DNA of 28,177 nt from Lachnospiraceae bacterium (GTDB taxonomy: Bacteria > Bacillota > Clostridia > Lachnospirales > Lachnospiraceae). This document shows, in pieces, positions 1 to 10,258 of the stretch. The position numbers and the translations under genes are program-made. The stretch is from NCBI GenBank assembly GCA_050873745.1, contig JBNMJJ010000002.1:1-28177 (forward strand), in the 5' to 3' direction. Below the pieces are notes generated by a model. That model worked only from the letters and a program-made list of their open reading frames with translations, did no database searches and was not told where the DNA came from. Position 1 is the first letter of the stretch, and each line of letters starts with the position of its first letter.

Positions 1-1
1 C

Positions 2-907
2 AAGAAAGAAGCCGAAGTAACCGAGGAAGAAGTTAATGCGGAAATCGACAGGGAAAGAGAACGCAGCGCAAGAACCGTTTCCGTAACCGACAGAGCGGTA
101 CAAAGCGGCGACCAGACCGTAATCGATTTTGAAGGTTTCCAGGATGGTGTGGCTTTTGAAGGCGGTAAAGGAGAGAACTATCCTCTGACCATCGGTTCCG
201 GCACCTTTATTCCCGGCTTTGAAGACCAGTTAATCGGTAAAAGCATCGGCGAAGAAGTGGAGGTCAACGTAACCTTCCCTGAAAGCTATCAGGCAGAAAA
301 CCTGGCAGGAAAGCCTGCGGTATTTAAAGTGGCAATCAAAGAAATCAAAGAGAAGCAGTTGCCTGAGCTGGATGATGAATTTGCAGCAGAAGTATCTGAA
401 TTTGATACTCTGGATGAATATAAGGCTGATGTCAGGGCTAACTTATTGAAGAAGAAAGAAACAGACATCAAAAATGAAAAAGAGAATGCGGTAATCGACG
501 CTATCATCGCAGATGCGAAGATGGATATTCCTGAAGCTATGGTGGAGACCCAGCAGAGACAGATGGTGGATGATTTTTCACAGAGATTACAGATGCAGGG
601 CTTAAACGTAGAGCAGTATTTCCAGTTTACCGGTCTGGACAATGCCAAATTAATGGAGCAGGTTAAACCTCAGGCTGAGCAGAAAATCAAATCCCGTTTG
701 GTATTAGAAGCTATTGTGAAGGCAGAAAATATCACGGCTACGGAGGAGGATTTTGAGAAGGAAGTGGCTACTATGGCAGAAGCCTATAAGATGGAAGCGG
801 ATAAGGTAAAAGAGATGCTGGGAGAAGGCGGCAAGGAACAGATTATGGAGGATATTGCTGTCAACAAGGCGGTTGAGTTTGTTGTGGAGAATGCCCAGGA
901 AGCCTGA
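2..907 (+). CDS. tig: Trigger factor (PPIase chaperone), 3' portion; the 5' end lies outside the window
   Basis: Frame 2 is open from the first bases of the window, so track ORF 149..907 is only its GTG-started inner part. It has the FKBP-type motif [15 protein letters not shown] and an acidic helical C-terminal domain. It sits directly upstream of clpP-clpX, as is usual in Firmicutes. Confidence 0.9.
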   Translation, partial: KKEAEVTEEEVNAEIDRERERSARTVSVTDRAVQSGDQTVIDFEGFQDGVAFEGGKGENYPLTIGSGTFIPGFEDQLIGKSIGEEVEVNVTFPESYQAENLAGKPAVFKVAIKEIKEKQLPELDDEFAAEVSEFDTLDEYKADVRANLLKKKETDIKNEKENAVIDAIIADAKMDIPEAMVETQQRQMVDDFSQRLQMQGLNVEQYFQFTGLDNAKLMEQVKPQAEQKIKSRLVLEAIVKAENITATEEDFEKEVATMAEAYKMEADKVKEMLGEGGKEQIMEDIAVNKAVEFVVENAQEA

Positions 908-1136
908 CCTGAAGCGAAAGAAATCGGAAAAGGAAGAAAAGGCCAAAGAAGAATACGAAAGAATTAAAATTCTCTTAAATTGTAAAAAACAGATTGCAAA
1001 ATGCGGAGAATGATACTACAGTAATAAGGGGCTGTCCTGGTGGTAGCCCCATATACTTTATATAACAGGAAAAATTTTTCTACCTATTTAATGATGGTTC
1101 AGGGCGGTTACGCCTGCTTAGAATGGAGGATATAAA

Positions 1137-1739
1137 TTGAGTTTAGTACCTTATGTCATTGAACAGACCAGCAGAGGAGAGCGCTCCTATGACATTTATT
1201 CCAGATTGTTGAAGGAGAGAATTATTTTTTTGGGGGAAGAGGTAAATGAGGTAACCGCTTCTTTAGTAGTGGCCCAGCTTCTTTTTCTGGAGGCAGAGGA
1301 CCCGGAAAAGGATATTCATCTGTATATTAACAGTCCCGGCGGTTCCGTAACTGCCGGTATGGCGATTTATGATACGATGAATTTTATTAAATGCGATGTT
1401 TCCACCGTATGTATCGGCATGGCTGCCAGCATGGGGGCTTTCCTTTTGGCGGGCGGTGCAAAGGGCAAGCGTTATGCCCTGCCCAATGCAGAGATTATGA
1501 TTCATCAGCCTCTTGGCGGCGCACAGGGCCAGGCAACGGAGATTGAGATTGCCGCTAAGCATATTTTAAAGACAAAAGAAAAATTGAACCGTATGCTGGC
1601 TGAGAATACCGGACAGGATTATGAAGTCATTGCCCAGGATACGGAAAGAGATAACTGGAAGAGCGCTGAGGAAGCAAAGGAATATGGCCTGATTGACCAG
1701 ATTTTTGTTTCTCACAGTGCAATGAAAGAGAAAAAATAA
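1137..1739 (+). CDS. clpP: ATP-dependent Clp protease proteolytic subunit
   Basis: TTG start lies 7 nt after GGAGG (1125-1129). The N-terminus is [25 protein letters not shown]. Catalytic Ser context is GMAASMGA and His context is IMIHQPLGG. Confidence 0.95.
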   Translation: MSLVPYVIEQTSRGERSYDIYSRLLKERIIFLGEEVNEVTASLVVAQLLFLEAEDPEKDIHLYINSPGGSVTAGMAIYDTMNFIKCDVSTVCIGMAASMGAFLLAGGAKGKRYALPNAEIMIHQPLGGAQGQATEIEIAAKHILKTKEKLNRMLAENTGQDYEVIAQDTERDNWKSAEEAKEYGLIDQIFVSHSAMKEKK

Positions 1740-1790
1740 AGGTGGGAATGAGTTGCCTTAGCTTACGGGGCAATTCAGAATGGAGTATAT

Positions 1791-3020
1791 ATGGCGAAAA
1801 ATTCAGACGTAAGATGTTCCTTCTGCAATAAGACCCAGGAACAGGTACGCAAGCTGATTGCAGGCCCTTCCGGCGTATACATCTGCGACGAATGTGTGGA
1901 GATTTGTGCGGATATTATCGAAGAGGAGTATGAAGAGGAAGAGGAGCTGTATGACAGCGAAGAAATCAACCTGTTAAAGCCGGTGGAGATTAAGGAGCAT
2001 CTGGACGAGTATGTAATCGGCCAGGAGGAGGCGAAGAAGGTTCTTGCTGTAGCGGTTTACAACCATTATAAGCGCATTACCGTAAAAAGGGATGAGGATG
2101 ATGTGGAACTGCAGAAAAGCAACATCATCATGATAGGCCCTACGGGTTCGGGAAAGACCTATCTGGCACAGACTCTGGCGAAAATTATCAACGTACCCTT
2201 TGCCATTGCCGACGCTACAACGCTGACGGAGGCAGGCTATGTGGGTGAGGACGTGGAGAATATTCTGCTGAAGCTTTTGCAGGCAGCGGATTATAACGTG
2301 GAAAGAGCCCAGAAGGGTATTATTTATATCGATGAAATCGATAAGATAACGAAAAAGAGTGAGAATGTTTCCATTACCAGAGACGTATCCGGCGAGGGTG
2401 TGCAGCAGGCATTGCTGAAGATTATTGAAGGAACCATAGCCAGCGTACCGCCTCAGGGGGGAAGAAAGCATCCCCATCAGGAGCTGATTCAGGTGGATAC
2501 CTCCAATATTCTGTTTATCTGCGGAGGAGCTTTTGACGGACTGGAGAAGATTATTGAAACCAGACTGGACAGAAAGACCATCGGTTTTAATACGGAAGTG
2601 GCTACAAAGAGCACCCATGAAATCGGGGAGCTGCTTTCTCAGGTAACTCCTCAGGATTTGGTAAAATACGGTTTGATTCCCGAGTTTATCGGCCGTGTAC
2701 CAATCAGCGTTTCTTTGGAGGGACTGGATAAGGAGTCTTTGGTTCGTATTCTGACCGAGCCCAGGAATGCTTTGATTAAACAGTACCGGAAACTTTTTTC
2801 CTATGATGATGTGGCATTGAGTTTCGATGATGCGGCTATCGAGGAAGTGGCCGGACTGGCATTGGAGAGAAAGACCGGAGCAAGAGGGCTTCGTTCTATT
2901 TTAGAAAAGGTAATGATGGATGTAATGTATCGGATTCCTTCGGATGAGACCATTCGGGAGTGTAAGATTACCAAAGAAGCTGTAGAAGGCAAAAGTCAGC
3001 CTTTAGTGGTACACCGTTAA
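1791..3020 (+). CDS. clpX: ATP-dependent Clp protease ATP-binding subunit ClpX
   Basis: N-terminal zinc ribbon CSFCNK...CDEC. Walker A is GPTGSGKT, the pore loop is GYVGEDV and Walker B is IIYIDEIDK. Confidence 0.97.
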   Translation: MAKNSDVRCSFCNKTQEQVRKLIAGPSGVYICDECVEICADIIEEEYEEEEELYDSEEINLLKPVEIKEHLDEYVIGQEEAKKVLAVAVYNHYKRITVKRDEDDVELQKSNIIMIGPTGSGKTYLAQTLAKIINVPFAIADATTLTEAGYVGEDVENILLKLLQAADYNVERAQKGIIYIDEIDKITKKSENVSITRDVSGEGVQQALLKIIEGTIASVPPQGGRKHPHQELIQVDTSNILFICGGAFDGLEKIIETRLDRKTIGFNTEVATKSTHEIGELLSQVTPQDLVKYGLIPEFIGRVPISVSLEGLDKESLVRILTEPRNALIKQYRKLFSYDDVALSFDDAAIEEVAGLALERKTGARGLRSILEKVMMDVMYRIPSDETIRECKITKEAVEGKSQPLVVHR

Positions 3021-3048
3021 AGCACAAGAGGAAGAGAAGCTTGAAGAG

Positions 3049-3088
3049 GCTGTTGCAGTGGCAGGTTTTGTCGTGTAACAGCTTTTTT
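3049..3088 (+). terminator. Weak terminator or attenuator hairpin between clpX and lon
   Basis: GCTGTT (3049-3054) pairs with AACAGC (3077-3082) and is followed by T6 (3083-3088). The loop is large, so the call is weak. Confidence 0.3.
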
Positions 3089-3104
3089 AGAAGGATTTTT
3101 AAAG

Positions 3105-5474
3105 ATGGAAAATAAGGATTTACAATTAAGAAGTGTAATGCCCGCTGTGGCATTGCGGGGACTTACGATTTTCCCCCATATGATTATTCATTTTGATTTG
3201 AGCCGGGACCGCTCTATTTTAGCGGTTCAGCAGGCGTTGATGGAGGAGCAGAAGCTGTTTTTGGTGACCCAGAAAAACAGTGATGTGGAAGAGCCGAAGC
3301 AGGAAGATTTATACGACATCGGAACCGTCGCTGTGGTAAAACAGATTAGTAAGCTGCCGGGCGGCCTGGTAAGGGTGCTGGTGGAAGGTATCAGTCGTGG
3401 AAAGCTGATGGAAATGGAGCTGGTTCCGGGAAAAGCCAAAAAGGATGAGTATCTTCAGGCTGTAGTTTCAGAGCTTGAGGAGGAGCCGGTAAAGGCGGAT
3501 GATGAGGAAGAGTTTTCCAATGAAGAGGAAGCGATGATTCGTCATTTGAAGGAAATCCTGGGTGAGTTCATGCTCTATTACCCCAAAATAGGCAAGAGCC
3601 TTTCCGCACAGGTGGAAAAACTTACCGGACTTTCCCAGCTTTTGGACCAGATAGCCATGAATCTGCCTATTACTTATGAGAAGAAGCAGTTGATTTTACA
3701 GACTTTGGAGTTGGAAGGGCGATACCGGGAAATGGTCGGTATTCTGTCCAAGGAGATTGAGATTGGAAAGCTGAAGAGTAAGCTGACGGAGGTAGTCAGG
3801 GACAAGGTAGAGGAAAACCAGAAGGAATTTTTACTGAGGGAACAGTTAAAATATATCCGAAAAGAGCTGGGTGAGGAAAGTGAGCTTTCCGATGCAGAAC
3901 GGTTTGAAGAAGCCCTGGAGAAGCTGAAGGCGGCAAAAGAGGTAAAGGAAAAGATTGCCAAGGAAATCAGCCGTTTTAAGAATCTGTCTCCCCATAGCTC
4001 GGAAATGAGTGTGGAGAGGGGCTACATTGAAACCCTGCTGGAGCTTCCCTGGGATAAGATGAGCAAAGACAACCTGGATTTGGACGCTGCACAAAAGAAG
4101 CTGGAGGAGGACCATTACGGCCTTGAACAGGTGAAGGAAAGAATTTTGGAGTTTTTGGCGGTAAGAGCTTTAAATAAGAAGGGGGACACCTCTATCCTCT
4201 GTCTGGTGGGGCCTCCCGGAACGGGAAAAACCTCCATTGCCAGAAGCGTGGCGGCAGCTTTGCATAAGGAATATGTACGGATTTGCCTGGGAGGCGTCCG
4301 GGATGAGGCGGAAATCCGGGGCCACAGAAGAACCTATGTGGGGGCTATGCCGGGCCGTATCGTCAATGGTTTGAAGCAGGCCAGGGTAAAAAATCCCCTG
4401 ATGCTTCTGGACGAAATTGATAAGGTCAGCAACGATTATAAGGGAGATACTTTTTCTGCCCTGTTAGAGGTGCTGGACGGGGAGCAGAACAGCCATTTCA
4501 GGGACCATTATGTGGAGATTCCGGTGGATTTGTCCCAGGTGTTCTTTATTGCTACGGCTAACTCCACCTCTACCATACCAAGGCCCCTTTTAGACCGTAT
4601 GGAGGTGATTGAGGTAACCAGCTATACGGCCAATGAGAAGTTTCATATTGCCAGGGAGCATCTGGTGGAAAAGCAGCTTGCCAAAAACGGGATTCCCGAG
4701 GGGCAGCTTGCCTTTAGTGACAGGGCGCTTCGGGATATTATCCAGTTTTATACCAGAGAAGCCGGAGTCCGTGGTCTGGAGAGGCAGATTGGCACCGTTT
4801 GCCGAAAAGCTGCCAGGGAAATTTTGAAGGATAAAACGAAAAAAATCCGTATTACCGGAACCAATTTAGGGAAGTATTTAGGAAAGAAGAAATATACGCT
4901 GGACAGAATCAATGAAAAGGATGAGGTAGGAATCGTCAGAGGCCTGGCCTGGACTAGTGTGGGGGGAGACACCCTTCAGATTGAGGTCAATATGATGCCG
5001 GGTAAAGGGAAAATTGAACTTACCGGACAGATGGGGGATGTGATGAAGGAATCTGCTCATGCGGCAGTAAGCTTCGTCCGCTCCGTGGGCGAGCAGTATG
5101 ATATTGATGAGGAAATTTTCAAAAATCAGGATTTCCATATCCATATTCCCGAAGGAGCGGTACCCAAGGACGGTCCTTCGGCGGGAATCACCATGGCTAC
5201 GGCCCTGCTTTCTGCCATAACGAAAACGCCGGTAAGAGCGGATATTGCCATGACCGGAGAAATTACTCTGAGAGGAAGGGTTCTTCCTATCGGGGGCTTG
5301 AAGGAGAAGATTCTGGCGGCGAAAACCGCCGGGGTAAAGACGGTGCTGGTTCCTTTGAAAAACGAAAAGGATGTGGAGGAGGTTCCACAGGAAATCAAAA
5401 GCGGTTTGGAGATTGTTTTTGTTGACCATATGAGTCAGGTGATGGAACAGGCATTCGTGAAAAAAGAGGCTTAA
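3105..5474 (+). CDS. lon: Lon protease (LonA type)
   Basis: N-terminal LON substrate-binding domain, Walker [10 protein letters not shown], and a protease domain with [15 protein letters not shown] (catalytic Ser) and GGLKEK (Lys). Confidence 0.95.
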   Translation: MENKDLQLRSVMPAVALRGLTIFPHMIIHFDLSRDRSILAVQQALMEEQKLFLVTQKNSDVEEPKQEDLYDIGTVAVVKQISKLPGGLVRVLVEGISRGKLMEMELVPGKAKKDEYLQAVVSELEEEPVKADDEEEFSNEEEAMIRHLKEILGEFMLYYPKIGKSLSAQVEKLTGLSQLLDQIAMNLPITYEKKQLILQTLELEGRYREMVGILSKEIEIGKLKSKLTEVVRDKVEENQKEFLLREQLKYIRKELGEESELSDAERFEEALEKLKAAKEVKEKIAKEISRFKNLSPHSSEMSVERGYIETLLELPWDKMSKDNLDLDAAQKKLEEDHYGLEQVKERILEFLAVRALNKKGDTSILCLVGPPGTGKTSIARSVAAALHKEYVRICLGGVRDEAEIRGHRRTYVGAMPGRIVNGLKQARVKNPLMLLDEIDKVSNDYKGDTFSALLEVLDGEQNSHFRDHYVEIPVDLSQVFFIATANSTSTIPRPLLDRMEVIEVTSYTANEKFHIAREHLVEKQLAKNGIPEGQLAFSDRALRDIIQFYTREAGVRGLERQIGTVCRKAAREILKDKTKKIRITGTNLGKYLGKKKYTLDRINEKDEVGIVRGLAWTSVGGDTLQIEVNMMPGKGKIELTGQMGDVMKESAHAAVSFVRSVGEQYDIDEEIFKNQDFHIHIPEGAVPKDGPSAGITMATALLSAITKTPVRADIAMTGEITLRGRVLPIGGLKEKILAAKTAGVKTVLVPLKNEKDVEEVPQEIKSGLEIVFVDHMSQVMEQAFVKKEA

Positions 5475-5522
5475 GAGAAGAAATTCTGTCTGAATGGCTG
5501 AGTAGCAGCAGAAAGAGGAATT

Positions 5523-6104
5523 ATGGTAATTAAACAGGTTAGTCTGGAAACCGTTTGCGGAATCACCAGTACGCTGCCGGAAAACCGGCTGCCGGAGGTG
5601 GCTTTTGCGGGGAAGAGCAATGTGGGAAAATCCTCTTTAATCAATGCTCTGATGAACCGAAAATCCCTGGCAAGAACCAGCTCCCAGCCGGGAAAAACCC
5701 AGACGATTAATTTTTATAATATAAACAATCAGTTGTATTTTGTGGATTTACCTGGCTACGGCTACGCCAGGGTCAGTATCAGCGAGAAAGAAAAATGGGG
5801 GAAGATGATTGAGCGTTATCTTCACCGCTCAAAGCAGTTGAAAATAATTTTTTTGCTGATTGATATTCGCCATGAACCGGGGACTAACGATAAGCAGATG
5901 TATCAGTGGATACTGAGCCAGGGCTTCACTCCGGTGATTATTGCCACGAAGCTGGATAAAATTAACCGAAGCCAGAAGGACAAGCATATTAAGATGCTGA
6001 AAAATGGTCTTCAGGTAGTGCCCGAAACCATGATTATTCCTTTCTCTGCCCAGACGAAGCAGGGCAGGGAGGAAATATATGCTTTATTGGATTCTCTTGT
6101 TTAA
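5523..6104 (+). CDS. engB: Ribosome biogenesis GTP-binding protein YsxC/EngB
   Basis: G1 is GKSNVGKSSLIN, G3 is DLPGYG and G4 is ATKLDK. The position after lon is conserved in Firmicutes. Confidence 0.9.
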   Translation: MVIKQVSLETVCGITSTLPENRLPEVAFAGKSNVGKSSLINALMNRKSLARTSSQPGKTQTINFYNINNQLYFVDLPGYGYARVSISEKEKWGKMIERYLHRSKQLKIIFLLIDIRHEPGTNDKQMYQWILSQGFTPVIIATKLDKINRSQKDKHIKMLKNGLQVVPETMIIPFSAQTKQGREEIYALLDSLV

Positions 6105-6119
6105 GGAGGAAAACTTGAC

Positions 6120-7424
6120 ATGAGCGAAACACACCAAAAATATTTAAAGGCCTTTACCAACGTGGCCTTTGCTGGGGTGGTGGCAGCAGCCTGTATTCTG
6201 GCTCTGCCCAGACTACTCTGGCTTTTTATGCCTTTTATTATTGGCTGGTTGATTTCGTTAATGGCCAATCCATTGGTGCATTTTTTTGAGGATAAAATAA
6301 AAATCAAACGTAAGGCAGGCTCTGCCCTGGTAATTGTGTCCGTACTGGGCGGAATATGCCTGGTCATTTATGCAATTCTAGTCAAGCTGATTGAAGAGGG
6401 ATATGGGCTGTTTACCAGCCTGCCGTCCATTTGGGAGGCTATGGAGAGGGATTTTAATATTATCGGGGAAAAGTGGGCTGGAGTAATTAACCGTTTTCCC
6501 GATGATGTGGTGGAACAGGTGGAAATTTTCGGTGACAATATGGGCCAGAATCTGAGCGGCTTCATCAGCGGTCTGAGTGTGCCTACGGTGGGGGCGGTAG
6601 GAAATATGGCAAAAAATATCCCCTCCATTCTGGTGGCGGTGATTATGTGTCTTTTATCCTCCTACTTTTTTGTGGCAGAGAAGGAGTATGCTGCCCAATG
6701 GCTGCAAAACCATGTGCCAAAGCATTTGCACCAAAAAGGGCAGTTGATGAGAAGAACCCTTCTGGGGGCCATCGGAGGCTATTTCAAAGCACAGTTGAAA
6801 ATTGAAATCTGGATTTATCTGATTATCGTTATCGGCTTTGTTTTTATGAAGATTCAATATGGTTTTCTGATTGCTTTTGGGATAGCGTTATTGGATATTC
6901 TGCCGATTTTTGGTACGGGAGCGGTACTGATTCCCTGGGCTATCCTCAAGTTTTTAAGCGGGCATTACAGTTTTGGCATCGGTCTTTTGGTAATTTGGGG
7001 CGTGGGGCAGCTTACCCGCCAGATTATTCAGCCTAAGATTGTAGGTGACTCCATCGGTATGCCGCCTATCCCCACGCTGATTTTGTTGTATGTGGGTTAT
7101 CAGCTTGCAGGGGTAGGAGGAATGATTTTGTCTGTGCCTTTGGGGATTCTTGTGCTGACTATGAATGAAGCAGGATTTTTTGACAATACGAAGAACAGCC
7201 TTCTTTTTTTGTGGCGGGGCTTCAACCGCTTTCGCCAGATGAACTTGCAGGAAGGTGGGGGCAGGTCGTTGGAAACTGATTTGTCTAAGGCAGGTGCATC
7301 GGGAGGTGGCTCGCCAGAAATCGATTCCCCGGGGACTGGTTCGCCGGAAGCAGTTTTGCCTAAGGCTGGTTCGTCAGAGAACGGTTCCGAGAATCGGAAT
7401 TTGGCAGAAGGGAAGGAAGAATGA
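6120..7424 (+). CDS. AI-2E/PerM-family integral membrane protein (YtvI-like) with a low-complexity G/S/P/E-rich C-terminal tail
   Basis: Multiple hydrophobic segments. LLDILPIFGTGAVLIPWA-type motif is typical of the PerM/YtvI family. A 4-nt ATGA overlap joins it to truA. Confidence 0.7.
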   Translation: MSETHQKYLKAFTNVAFAGVVAAACILALPRLLWLFMPFIIGWLISLMANPLVHFFEDKIKIKRKAGSALVIVSVLGGICLVIYAILVKLIEEGYGLFTSLPSIWEAMERDFNIIGEKWAGVINRFPDDVVEQVEIFGDNMGQNLSGFISGLSVPTVGAVGNMAKNIPSILVAVIMCLLSSYFFVAEKEYAAQWLQNHVPKHLHQKGQLMRRTLLGAIGGYFKAQLKIEIWIYLIIVIGFVFMKIQYGFLIAFGIALLDILPIFGTGAVLIPWAILKFLSGHYSFGIGLLVIWGVGQLTRQIIQPKIVGDSIGMPPIPTLILLYVGYQLAGVGGMILSVPLGILVLTMNEAGFFDNTKNSLLFLWRGFNRFRQMNLQEGGGRSLETDLSKAGASGGGSPEIDSPGTGSPEAVLPKAGSSENGSENRNLAEGKEE

Positions 7425-8164
7425 GCCGCAATTTCAAGGCCATATTACAATATGAAGGAACCCGGTATCAGGGCTGGCAGAAGCAGACCAGTACAGCCAA
7501 TACCATTCAGGGAAAGCTGGAAGCTTTGCTTTCCCAAATGGTGAAGGAACCGGTGGAGGTACAGGCCAGCGGGCGTACCGATGCGGGAGTACACGCCTAT
7601 GGGCAGGTAATCAGTTTTCAGTTGGATACGGATAAATCACCGGAGGAAATTTTGGAATATATGAACCGTTATCTTCCGGAGGACATCGGCGTTATTGAAG
7701 TAAAGGAAGCGGCGGCCCGTTTCCATGCCCGGCTGAATGCAACGGGAAAGGTTTATCGCTATCGGGTATTAAACAGCGCCTTACCCCATATATTTGATAG
7801 AAGGTATGTTGCAGTATATCCTGAGCGTTTGGATGAAGAGGCCGTCCGAAAGGGAATGGCCTATCTGGAAGGGAGCCATGATTTTAAGGCTTTTACTTCC
7901 AAAAAGAACAGTAAAAAATCCACGGTGCGTACCATCCATGAAATCCGTCTGATAAGAGTAGGAGAGGAATGGCAGTTCATTTTCCGGGGAGACGGATTTT
8001 TATATCATATGGTGCGGATTATGGTGGGGACGCTGCTGGAAATCGGCAGCCACAAAAGAAAACCGGAGAGTATAGCAGAAGCCTTTGAAAGCGGTCAGCG
8101 GATAAAGGCGGGCTTCCTTGCGCCGGCTCAGGGGCTGGCTTTGATGGAAGTGTTTTATCATTAA
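7421..8164 (+). CDS. truA: tRNA pseudouridine(38-40) synthase
   Basis: Catalytic-Asp motif SGRTDAGVHA. The N-terminus (KAILQYEGTRYQGWQKQ) is TruA-like and the length is about 247 aa. Confidence 0.92.
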   Translation: MSRNFKAILQYEGTRYQGWQKQTSTANTIQGKLEALLSQMVKEPVEVQASGRTDAGVHAYGQVISFQLDTDKSPEEILEYMNRYLPEDIGVIEVKEAAARFHARLNATGKVYRYRVLNSALPHIFDRRYVAVYPERLDEEAVRKGMAYLEGSHDFKAFTSKKNSKKSTVRTIHEIRLIRVGEEWQFIFRGDGFLYHMVRIMVGTLLEIGSHKRKPESIAEAFESGQRIKAGFLAPAQGLALMEVFYH

Positions 8165-8180
8165 TCCCAGGGGGAATTTT

Positions 8181-8651
8181 ATGCAGGAACATAAAAAAAA
8201 GAAGCTTTTACGGTCTTTCTTTTTTCTTTATATTGTGATATTGATTAAGCTGGTTATTTTCAAATATCCCTGGGACTATTTGATGAATATTGCCAGAAAC
8301 TGGGAAAAGGGAGTAATTCTGGAGGGCCTGTCTACGGCTAATTTTACCTGGGGAAAAAGTATACGAATGTACATACGGTATTTTCCCGGCTTAAATGGGG
8401 TGGAGAACCTGTTTGGAAATATTCTGGCCTTTGTTCCCTACGGCTTTGGGCTGCCTTTGTGCTGGGAAAGTCTGGGGAAGTGGTGGAAGGTATTTTTCTG
8501 GAGCCTGGTGCTTGTTCTGGGAATTGAACTTTTTCAGCTTTTCAGTGCTTTCGGCGCTTTTGATGTGGATGATATTCTTTTGAATGTGCTGGGCGCCATG
8601 ATGGGATACCTGGTGTATAGAATATTTTTGGGAAGAACGGGGAAGAAGTAG
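8181..8651 (+). CDS. VanZ-family membrane protein
   Basis: Small polytopic protein with GNILAFVPYGFGLP and DVDDILLNVLGAMMGY, both typical VanZ-like motifs. Confidence 0.65.
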   Translation: MQEHKKKKLLRSFFFLYIVILIKLVIFKYPWDYLMNIARNWEKGVILEGLSTANFTWGKSIRMYIRYFPGLNGVENLFGNILAFVPYGFGLPLCWESLGKWWKVFFWSLVLVLGIELFQLFSAFGAFDVDDILLNVLGAMMGYLVYRIFLGRTGKK

Positions 8652-8940
8652 TGGAGGCGTGGCTTGAGGGCTATAGTGGGCCGACGAATGCTGGCGGTGT
8701 GAGCGGCTTGGGGGCTGATGTGTGCTGGCGATGTGAGGGGTTTGCCTGGTTGGTTCTGGCGATTTGCTGGATAGAGCTGTGCGGGCTTGGTTGCGGGCAT
8801 ATAGGGAAAAATTCTGTATTGGTGCCCGTAGAATTGGGTTACAGGCTTAAAAAGCACGTTTTTTTATAGAGAATGGGCAAAGAAAGAGGAATCGTATTTC
8901 TATGCCCACAATTCTGGCTATAGCGGGGCAGAGAGAATCG

Positions 8941-9045
8941 AAAAAATTGTGTATGCCCAAAGGCGTTCAGCATTCCTCGTTTTTTACGGTAAAAATACAG
9001 TTTCAGGGGCATGGGAGCCAACTTTTTCTCCATATGCCCTGCCTT
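8941..9045 (+). repeat. Copy 1 of a ~105-bp degenerate direct repeat with an embedded GGGCAT/ATGCCC stem-loop
   Basis: It starts with an A-run followed by TATGCCCAAA (ATGCCC at 8953-8958). A T6 tract at 8980-8985 starts 28 nt after the start of the TATGCCC word. GGGCAT lies at 9007-9012 and ATGCCC at 9034-9039. The anchor spacings of 54 and 27 nt are identical to copy 2. The hairpin lies just 3' of the minus-strand nuclease gene and may act as its terminator. Confidence 0.5.
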
Positions 9046-9063
9046 ATCTATTTACTTATCTTT

Positions 9064-9843
9064 CTATAGAAAATATTCCTTAACAATTTTCTCAACTGCA
9101 TCCATGCTTAAAGGCTTTTCTTTGGTTTCATAGGTGGTAATTAGCTGATGAGTGGGGATAATTCCCTCTGCGGCATAAAGATTAAGTTTGGAAAAGGCCA
9201 GTTTGGAATAGGACGGGTCGTCCATTAATCCGAAATGTTCCCAGTAGAATTCACAACCTGTCTGCGGATGGCGTATGGTGAAATCGGGATAGACGACTGC
9301 CTGGCCTAATGGAAGAGAAGATTCATATCGGAAAGGCAGTTTGTTCATGTGCAAAACGCAGGCAATCATTGCCTCAGACTTGGAGCGGACAAGGTGGCCG
9401 GAAATAGTTTTATGAATAAGATGCTCGGGATAATTGGGATTCTGTTCATAAGGAGAATTCATCCAGAGGCACAGTTCTTCCGACAGGGGATGGAAATAGG
9501 GGGAAAGAAGTTCCTGGTAGGCGGGGGAATGGAATAATTTTCTGTGCTTTTGTTCCTGGTGAGCGGCACAGTGCCTGAGATAAAAGTCGATGGCTTTCTT
9601 TTCCTGGAGAATATCTTCATACAGCAGGGTTAAATATTTTCTGGCGGCTAACTGCTCGGCAAGATAGCGCTTTTTCTTGGGAAGATAAGTCTGTTTCTTA
9701 CCATCGCTGTTGTACCATTTATAATGGTTGGTATTGCGGGTGCAAACAAGTTTTCCGGGAGGAAGAGAAGCAAGCTGGTTCTGTATGGCCTGTAGTTCTT
9801 CAGTTAATCTTAGTTTTTCGGTAAGCATTCGCTCGTAAATCAT
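9064..9843 (-). CDS. PD-(D/E)xK (TnsA-N/restriction-endonuclease-like) nuclease-fold protein with an N-terminal coiled coil; function unknown
   Basis: ATG is preceded by AAGGAGG. The C-terminal half reads VRSKSEAMIACVL ... VYPDFTI ... EFYWEHFG, a Ser-x-Ser-Glu / PDF / E-x-x motif order like TnsA-N/Vsr-type nucleases. The fold assignment is inference. Confidence 0.55.
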   Translation of the reverse strand: MIYERMLTEKLRLTEELQAIQNQLASLPPGKLVCTRNTNHYKWYNSDGKKQTYLPKKKRYLAEQLAARKYLTLLYEDILQEKKAIDFYLRHCAAHQEQKHRKLFHSPAYQELLSPYFHPLSEELCLWMNSPYEQNPNYPEHLIHKTISGHLVRSKSEAMIACVLHMNKLPFRYESSLPLGQAVVYPDFTIRHPQTGCEFYWEHFGLMDDPSYSKLAFSKLNLYAAEGIIPTHQLITTYETKEKPLSMDAVEKIVKEYFL

Positions 9844-9884
9844 GTGTATAACCTCCTTAGTTTGTTAAAGTGCCATTCATTACA

Positions 9885-9893
9885 ATTATAACA
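9885..9893 (-). promoter_or_regulatory. Extended -10 promoter element (TGTTATAAT) for the nuclease-fold gene
   Basis: The reverse complement of 9885-9893 reads TGTTATAAT, about 40 nt upstream of the ATG at 9843. The -35 region is weak (TTTTAT). Confidence 0.4.
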
Positions 9894-10153
9894 GAATGTA
9901 TAGAGTAATAAAAGTGGATTTTTTCGACGACGCACAGAGGTGTACTTGGGAGGGATAGATTGCAGAAGGGCGTAAAGAAATAGTAAAGTTTAAAAGGGCA
10001 TATACAAAGAAATTGCCTGTTACTGCCCTTGAAAGCGTAGAATTAGAGCTGTTGAGGTCTGATTTTAGCTTGTTTTTCCTGCAATGAGGGCATAGAGAGA
10101 AAAAGGGAACATCACTGCCCTGCAGGAAGATGACAAAGGGGATGAGGGAATAA

Positions 10154-10258
10154 AAAAATTTCTATATGCCCAAATTGGTGTACATTTTATATTTTTTCCA
10201 GGGAAATAGGCGTTTTCATGGGCATGACAAATGATTTATTTTTTGTATGCCCGATGGA
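10154..10258 (+). repeat. Copy 2 of the ~105-bp degenerate direct repeat
   Basis: ATGCCC lies at 10166-10171, T6 at 10193-10198, GGGCAT at 10220-10225 and ATGCCC at 10247-10252. The offset to copy 1 is a constant 1213 nt for all four anchors. My hand alignment gives roughly 55-60 percent identity between anchors. Confidence 0.5.

Noticed and set aside
7255-7424. Repetitive GGTTCGCC(A/G)GAA-like DNA and a G/S/P/E-rich peptide at the 3' end of the permease gene, considered as a separate repeat element.
   Set aside because: It stays in frame with the permease and reads as a disordered cytoplasmic tail. Nothing suggests an independent feature.
289-7455. Many antisense or alternate-frame track ORFs inside the tig-to-permease block, for example 289..648-, 1263..1562-, 1974..2618-, 3674..3961-, 4878..5429-, 6101..6367-, 7255..7455+.
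   Set aside because: Each is fully overlapped by a gene with unmistakable family motifs. Their translations are low-complexity (Ser/Leu/Phe/Arg-rich) and lack RBS-linked starts. They are typical shadow ORFs.
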